From an uncultured virus (IMG/VR IMGVR_UViG_3300021962_000075) (taxonomy: Duplodnaviria; Heunggongvirae; Uroviricota; Caudoviricetes): a stretch of DNA of 20,000 bases. Both the position numbers and the translations under genes were made by a program. Numbering within the stretch: the stretch's first letter is position 1; each line of letters starts with the position of its first letter. Shown in pieces: positions 16,071 to 20,000 of this stretch. Where the stretch lies: IMG/VR virus record IMGVR_UViG_3300021962_000075; one strand, written 5' to 3'. The notes below the pieces were generated by a model that worked only from the letters and a program-made list of their open reading frames with translations, did not search any database and was not told where the DNA came from.

Positions 16071-16732
16071 TGATTGTTGGTTTACTTGGATTCATTGGTT
16101 CAGGTAAAGGCACTGCCGGTGACATTCTTAAAGACCTTGGCTTTACTCCTGTGAGTTTTGCCAAAGGTGTTAAAGATGTTGCCGCAGAAATGTTTGGTTG
16201 GCCACGACACCTATTAGAAGGTGATACTGAACAGTCCAGACAATGGCGTGAACAACCAGATAAATTCTGGTCAGAAGAATTTGGTCGTGAGTTTACACCA
16301 AGACTAGCACTACAATTAATGGGTACAGAAGTTGGTCGTGAAGTTTTTCACTCTGATTTTTGGATCATCAAATTGAAAAATTATATACAAAAAAATCCAA
16401 ATCAAGATTATGTTATTACTGATGTACGTTTTCAAAATGAAATTGAATTCGTTCATCAGAACAAAGGCATTCTCATAGAGATACAACGTGGTACTACACC
16501 ACATTGGTATGAGATTGCATCCAAGGCCAATCGTGGTGACTGGAAAGCGGAAGAATTTATGTTGAAGCAATCTGGTGTACATGAATCTGAATGGCGTTGG
16601 ATTGGTGGTTACGTTGACCATCACATTGACAACCAAGGTTCTTTGGAAGAATTAAAGAACAAATTGATTAAATGCTTGACAACCTCTTATGGTCCAGGTA
16701 TAATGAGTGAATTGAAACAAGGAGTATCGTAA
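16070..16732 (+). CDS. Deoxynucleoside monophosphate kinase (T4 gp1-like)
   Basis: Contains P-loop GFIGSGKGT, SFAKGVKD, TPRLALQLMGTEVGR, ITDVRFQNE and HESE. Confidence 0.9.
   Translation: MIVGLLGFIGSGKGTAGDILKDLGFTPVSFAKGVKDVAAEMFGWPRHLLEGDTEQSRQWREQPDKFWSEEFGREFTPRLALQLMGTEVGREVFHSDFWIIKLKNYIQKNPNQDYVITDVRFQNEIEFVHQNKGILIEIQRGTTPHWYEIASKANRGDWKAEEFMLKQSGVHESEWRWIGGYVDHHIDNQGSLEELKNKLIKCLTTSYGPGIMSELKQGVS
16676..16704 (+). promoter_or_regulatory. Consensus sigma70 promoter inside the 3' end of the dNMP kinase gene, driving gp45
   Basis: TTGACA (16676-16681), a 17-nt spacer and TATAAT (16699-16704), 27 nt before the gp45 ATG. Confidence 0.85.
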
Positions 16733-17409
16733 TGAAATTATCTAATGAGACCTTAACGGTTCTTAAAAACTTTGCCAACATTAATCCTGGTATTGAGTTT
16801 AAGACTGGTAAGAAATTGACAACTATTTCCGCAACAAAGACTGTCTTGGCAAAGGCAGGCATCAAAGATGACTTTCCACAGGATTTCTGCATCTATGATT
16901 TGAACCAGTTTTTGTCCGTACAATCTCTGTACAAAGATGGTGAAATTGATTTTGATGACAAACATGTTATCTTCAAAGTTGGTCGTAAGAAACTAAACTA
17001 TCGCAAAACTGCAAAGAGCATGATTGTGACACCACCAGATAAAGAATTAACATTGCCTTCTGTTGATGTGTCATTCACATTGAAAGAAGAAGAACTTGCT
17101 TCTATCCTAAAGACTGCGAGCATCCTACAATCACCTAACATTGCCATCATGTCTGATGGTGAAAAGATTTCTATCACAACCTGTGATGCAAAAGATAACT
17201 CTGCACATACCGATTCAACAGAAATTGCTGATGGTAACGGCAAGAAGTTTAAGGCTTTGTTTTTGACAGAGAACTTTAAAATGATTTCTGGTTCTTATGA
17301 AGTACAAATTTCATCTAAAGGTTTGTCATACTTCAAGAACACTAAAGAAGATATGGAATACTGGATCGCCATCGAAGCCAAAGAATCTGACTTGTCGTTC
17401 GGAGAATAA
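16732..17409 (+). CDS. gp45: Sliding clamp
   Basis: Starts MKLSNETLTVLKNFANINPGI and contains DFCIYDLNQFLS, ENFKMISGSYEVQIS and YWIAIE. Confidence 0.95.
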   Translation: MKLSNETLTVLKNFANINPGIEFKTGKKLTTISATKTVLAKAGIKDDFPQDFCIYDLNQFLSVQSLYKDGEIDFDDKHVIFKVGRKKLNYRKTAKSMIVTPPDKELTLPSVDVSFTLKEEELASILKTASILQSPNIAIMSDGEKISITTCDAKDNSAHTDSTEIADGNGKKFKALFLTENFKMISGSYEVQISSKGLSYFKNTKEDMEYWIAIEAKESDLSFGE

Positions 17410-17410
17410 T

Positions 17411-17686
17411 ATGACTAAAGTAAATACACTATTTGGTTCTTTTGATGAAGACCAACTGAAAAAACTTAAAGGTTATGTTGATGAAATGGTTCTACACATG
17501 AACCGAAATCAATCAAACAACGATGCAATGAAAGACATTGTAGATGTTGCCAATGAAGAATTAAAAGTGCCTAAGAAGATTATCAAGCGTATGGCAAAAA
17601 CACAATTTAAAAACTCATTTCAAACTGAAGTGGCAGAATCAAAAGAATTTGAAGCCTTGTTTGAAAGTATGAATGGAGTTAAATGA
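17411..17686 (+). CDS. dsbA: Double-stranded DNA-binding protein (T4 DsbA-like)
   Basis: ATG at 17411 after GGAG; 91 aa. MKDIVDVANEELKVPKKIIKRMAKTQFKNSFQTEVAESKEFEALFE parallels the T4 DsbA helical pattern. Confidence 0.7.
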   Translation: MTKVNTLFGSFDEDQLKKLKGYVDEMVLHMNRNQSNNDAMKDIVDVANEELKVPKKIIKRMAKTQFKNSFQTEVAESKEFEALFESMNGVK

Positions 17687-17883
17687 TGGGTGAAATACGC
17701 ACATGGATTGATAAAGAACAGTACATTGCTGTACTTGAAAAAGAAATCAGTGTATTACAATCCAGATATGATCCAAGTCAAGAAGGCACTGGTCATTACA
17801 ATACAGCAATTCATGTATTGCAAAATAGAGTCGCTGAACTTGAACTAGAAATGATTTGGCCATTTCCAGATGCAACAAATTGA
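17683..17883 (+). CDS. Hypothetical protein (helical hairpin)
   Basis: 66 aa with a GGAG SD, overlapping its neighbours (ATGA coupling). Confidence 0.6.
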   Translation: MMGEIRTWIDKEQYIAVLEKEISVLQSRYDPSQEGTGHYNTAIHVLQNRVAELELEMIWPFPDATN

Positions 17884-18220
17884 AATACCATTCTTCTATC
17901 CACTAACGGAACAAACTTCGTTGGAGTTAGATTTTACTCCAAGTGAACAATGGATTGCAGAGTGGCGAAACAAACAATGGAGTCCTGTCACCAGTGGCAG
18001 TTACTTAATTAGTAATGGTGGTGTTGGTATTGGAACAATCGCAGCATCATGGTCACAACCAACAACCGAGTTTGTTATAAGACCTAGTGAAAAGAATGTT
18101 GGTAAGTGGGAAATCACAAGCGGAATGTTTGTGTATAGACCCACTAAGCCAAATACAGTCGTAAGATTTTTTGCCAAGTTACTGCTTGGCTTTAAATGGC
18201 ACGATGAAATTCAATCGTAA
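17870..18220 (+). CDS. Hypothetical protein (Trp-rich)
   Basis: 116-aa ORF overlapping the previous gene; no recognisable family. Confidence 0.55.
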   Translation: MQQIEIPFFYPLTEQTSLELDFTPSEQWIAEWRNKQWSPVTSGSYLISNGGVGIGTIAASWSQPTTEFVIRPSEKNVGKWEITSGMFVYRPTKPNTVVRFFAKLLLGFKWHDEIQS

Positions 18221-18237
18221 AAAATTGGATATAGTAT

Positions 18238-18259
18238 TGAAACAATAATTATTGTTTCA
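18238..18259. repeat. Perfect 22-bp palindrome
   Basis: TGAAACAATAA/TTATTGTTTCA is its own reverse complement with no loop, in the intergenic region. Confidence 0.9.
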
Positions 18260-18327
18260 TTTTTAATTAGAGTTCGTGTCTTGTTAAGGTTTTCTTACAG
18301 CACCTACTTATTTTATAAGGAAAAATC

Positions 18328-19341
18328 ATGTTCGATACAAAAACTATCGACCCTAATAAGGTCACGTTTACACAAATCAAATCTCCAGGCATACGATTCA
18401 AAGACCGTGTCCGCATTAAATTCTCGGAGATAAATTCCCCTGCTTTTAAAACTGGTAATCCTGTTAGGATGAAAGGTAAAAACGTTTCTCATATTCAACG
18501 ATTGGAAATTTCATTTGCTCAAGGTATTGATTACACCCAAATGCCTCCTTCGGTGATTGAAAAATCCAATAATGACGGTGGAATTATCACAAAGTATGAA
18601 TTAATTACAGGCAACCATAGTTTCGAAGCCATGAAAAATATTGGTTTCGATGAATGGGTGTTTGATATCTATGAATTAATTCCAAATTCTGGATATGGAT
18701 ATGAAGATGCTATTCGTACATTCCAATTAAAAGAAAACAATGAATCTCCAAAGTTAGGTTCTTGCGAGGAAGATGTTGTAAATATTATTTGTCGATTGAT
18801 AGACCATGCTTCAAAATTGGTTGAAGCAAAAGAGGATAGTATTAAATCTTATGTTGATTCTGTTTGCACATACATGCACTGGCAAACAAGATCCAAAATT
18901 GTGAGAGATACGATTCGTAAACTATCAAAGAGTGGTAAAAACCCATACAGAGATTATATCACTTATACTGCAAGTGATGTGGGTGAATTTTTGCAAAAAA
19001 ATACAGACCTTGTTGCTTTTGGTGAATTTGATATGACTCGACAAAAAACTGGTTGGTCAATTTTAGAGGGATATGAATATGAAATTTTGATGAATGCTAT
19101 TAAAAAATATCATTCTGAAAAACGTGAATCCTACTTCACACTACATACAGGAAGTTTAACGGACAAACTATCAACTGCCAAAGAGAAACGTCAGAAGATG
19201 GTTAACAATCTAAGCAACCTCGAAAACTCTTTGTTGAGTGTTTTTGAATATTATCAATTAAATGGAAAATTTCCATGGCATACTATGGGTGCTTTGCCAC
19301 AAGATGTCCGTGGTGGTGAACAAGATTATATCTATTTCTAA
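18328..19341 (+). CDS. ParB-N/sulfiredoxin-like domain protein with an uncharacterised C-terminal region
   Basis: IKFSEI...NPVR...HIQRLEISFAQG...MPPSVIE...YELITGNHSFEAMKNIG...FQLKENN follows the ParB N-terminal motif order. Preceded by a TAAGGA SD. Confidence 0.6.
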   Translation: MFDTKTIDPNKVTFTQIKSPGIRFKDRVRIKFSEINSPAFKTGNPVRMKGKNVSHIQRLEISFAQGIDYTQMPPSVIEKSNNDGGIITKYELITGNHSFEAMKNIGFDEWVFDIYELIPNSGYGYEDAIRTFQLKENNESPKLGSCEEDVVNIICRLIDHASKLVEAKEDSIKSYVDSVCTYMHWQTRSKIVRDTIRKLSKSGKNPYRDYITYTASDVGEFLQKNTDLVAFGEFDMTRQKTGWSILEGYEYEILMNAIKKYHSEKRESYFTLHTGSLTDKLSTAKEKRQKMVNNLSNLENSLLSVFEYYQLNGKFPWHTMGALPQDVRGGEQDYIYF

Positions 19342-19346
19342 GTGAC

Positions 19347-19375
19347 TTGACATGGCCTTCGGGCCATGTTATAAT
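19347..19375 (+). promoter_or_regulatory. Consensus sigma70 promoter for gp44
   Basis: TTGACA (19347-19352), a 17-nt spacer and TATAAT (19370-19375), with TG at the extended -10 position. Confidence 0.88.
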
Positions 19376-19383
19376 TTTATTTT
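19350..19383 (+). terminator. cUUCGg hairpin (probable terminator) overlapping the gp44 promoter
   Basis: ACATGGCC-TTCG-GGCCATGT (19350-19369), followed by T-rich TATAATTTTATTTT. Confidence 0.6.
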
Positions 19384-19401
19384 ATATTATGGAGAATTTG
19401 A

Positions 19402-20000
19402 ATGTCGCACATTTTATGGGTCGAAAAGTATCGTCCTAAAACTATTGAAGATTGTATTCTTCCTGATGGTATCAAAGCAACATTTCAGGAGTATGTAAAC
19501 CGCAAAGAGATTCCTAACCTCTTGTTGTCTGGTTCTGCTGGTGTTGGTAAAACTACAATTGCAAAAGCACTTTGTGAAGAAGTTGGTTGCGATTACATTA
19601 TGATTAACGGTTCAGACGAATCGGGTATTGATGTTCTACGGAACAAAATCAAGAACTATGCATCATCTATGTCCCTGTCAGGCGGCCGCAAGGTCGTTAT
19701 CATTGACGAAGCGGACTATCTAAATCCAAATTCAACTCAACCTGCCATGCGTGGTGCGATTGAGGAGTTTGCATCTAACTGTTCTTTCATCTTCACATGT
19801 AACTTTAAAAACAGAATCATTGACCCAATTCATTCTCGTTGTACCGTTGTTGATTTTAAAATCAATGGCAGTAAACAAAAGATGGCAGCTGCCTTCTTCA
19901 AACGTGTTGAGTGGATTCTTGAACAAGAAGGAGTTACTTATGATAAGCAAGTGGTTGCTGCCGTTATCACGAAACATTTTCCTGATAATCGCCGTGTTCT
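19402..20000 (+). CDS. gp44: Clamp loader AAA+ subunit (3' truncated by window edge)
   Basis: Reads MSHILWVEKYRPKTIEDCILP, with Walker A GSAGVGKTT, INGSDESGID, Walker B IIDEAD and the SRC motif. Confidence 0.96.
   Translation, partial: MSHILWVEKYRPKTIEDCILPDGIKATFQEYVNRKEIPNLLLSGSAGVGKTTIAKALCEEVGCDYIMINGSDESGIDVLRNKIKNYASSMSLSGGRKVVIIDEADYLNPNSTQPAMRGAIEEFASNCSFIFTCNFKNRIIDPIHSRCTVVDFKINGSKQKMAAAFFKRVEWILEQEGVTYDKQVVAAVITKHFPDNRRV

Noticed and set aside
17297..17410. Longer start for the DsbA-like ORF
   Set aside because: It overlaps gp45; the ATG at 17411 follows GGAG and gives a DsbA-sized protein.
1..20000. tRNAs, CRISPR arrays, introns, inteins, homing endonucleases, recoded stop codons
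   Set aside because: None seen. Core genes are uninterrupted in the standard code, and the short intergenic gaps contain no cloverleaf or repeat-spacer pattern.

Overview
A segment of an AT-rich T4-like (T-even superfamily, 'Exo-T-even' gene order) myophage genome, with all credible genes on the + strand. The left part is the head-assembly block: end of tail tube gp19, portal gp20, a gp67-like core protein, an uncharacterised 173-aa protein, protease gp21, scaffold gp22, major capsid gp23 and tail terminator gp3. It carries TATAAATA-type late promoters and hairpin terminators. The right part is the recombination/replication block: uvsY, uvsW, late sigma gp55, gp47/gp46, dNMP kinase, clamp gp45, a DsbA-like protein and the start of clamp loader gp44. 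It is driven by four perfect TTGACA-N17-TATAAT promoters. Accessory genes are interspersed: a TagD-like cytidylyltransferase, peptide deformylase, a stand-alone DUF4338/DruA-like protein, a winged-helix protein, a GT-A glycosyltransferase and a ParB-N-like protein. The most interesting observations are (1) the ParB-like cassette preceded by a perfect 22-bp palindrome and closed by a UUCG hairpin lying inside the next promoter's spacer, (2) the orphan DruA-like gene, (3) an antisense sigma70 promoter just upstream of gp55, (4) an IHF-consensus site plus direct repeats in the uvsY leader (candidate origin), and (5) an unannotated TTG-start membrane protein between uvsY and uvsW. All family assignments come from motif recognition by eye; no database searches were run.
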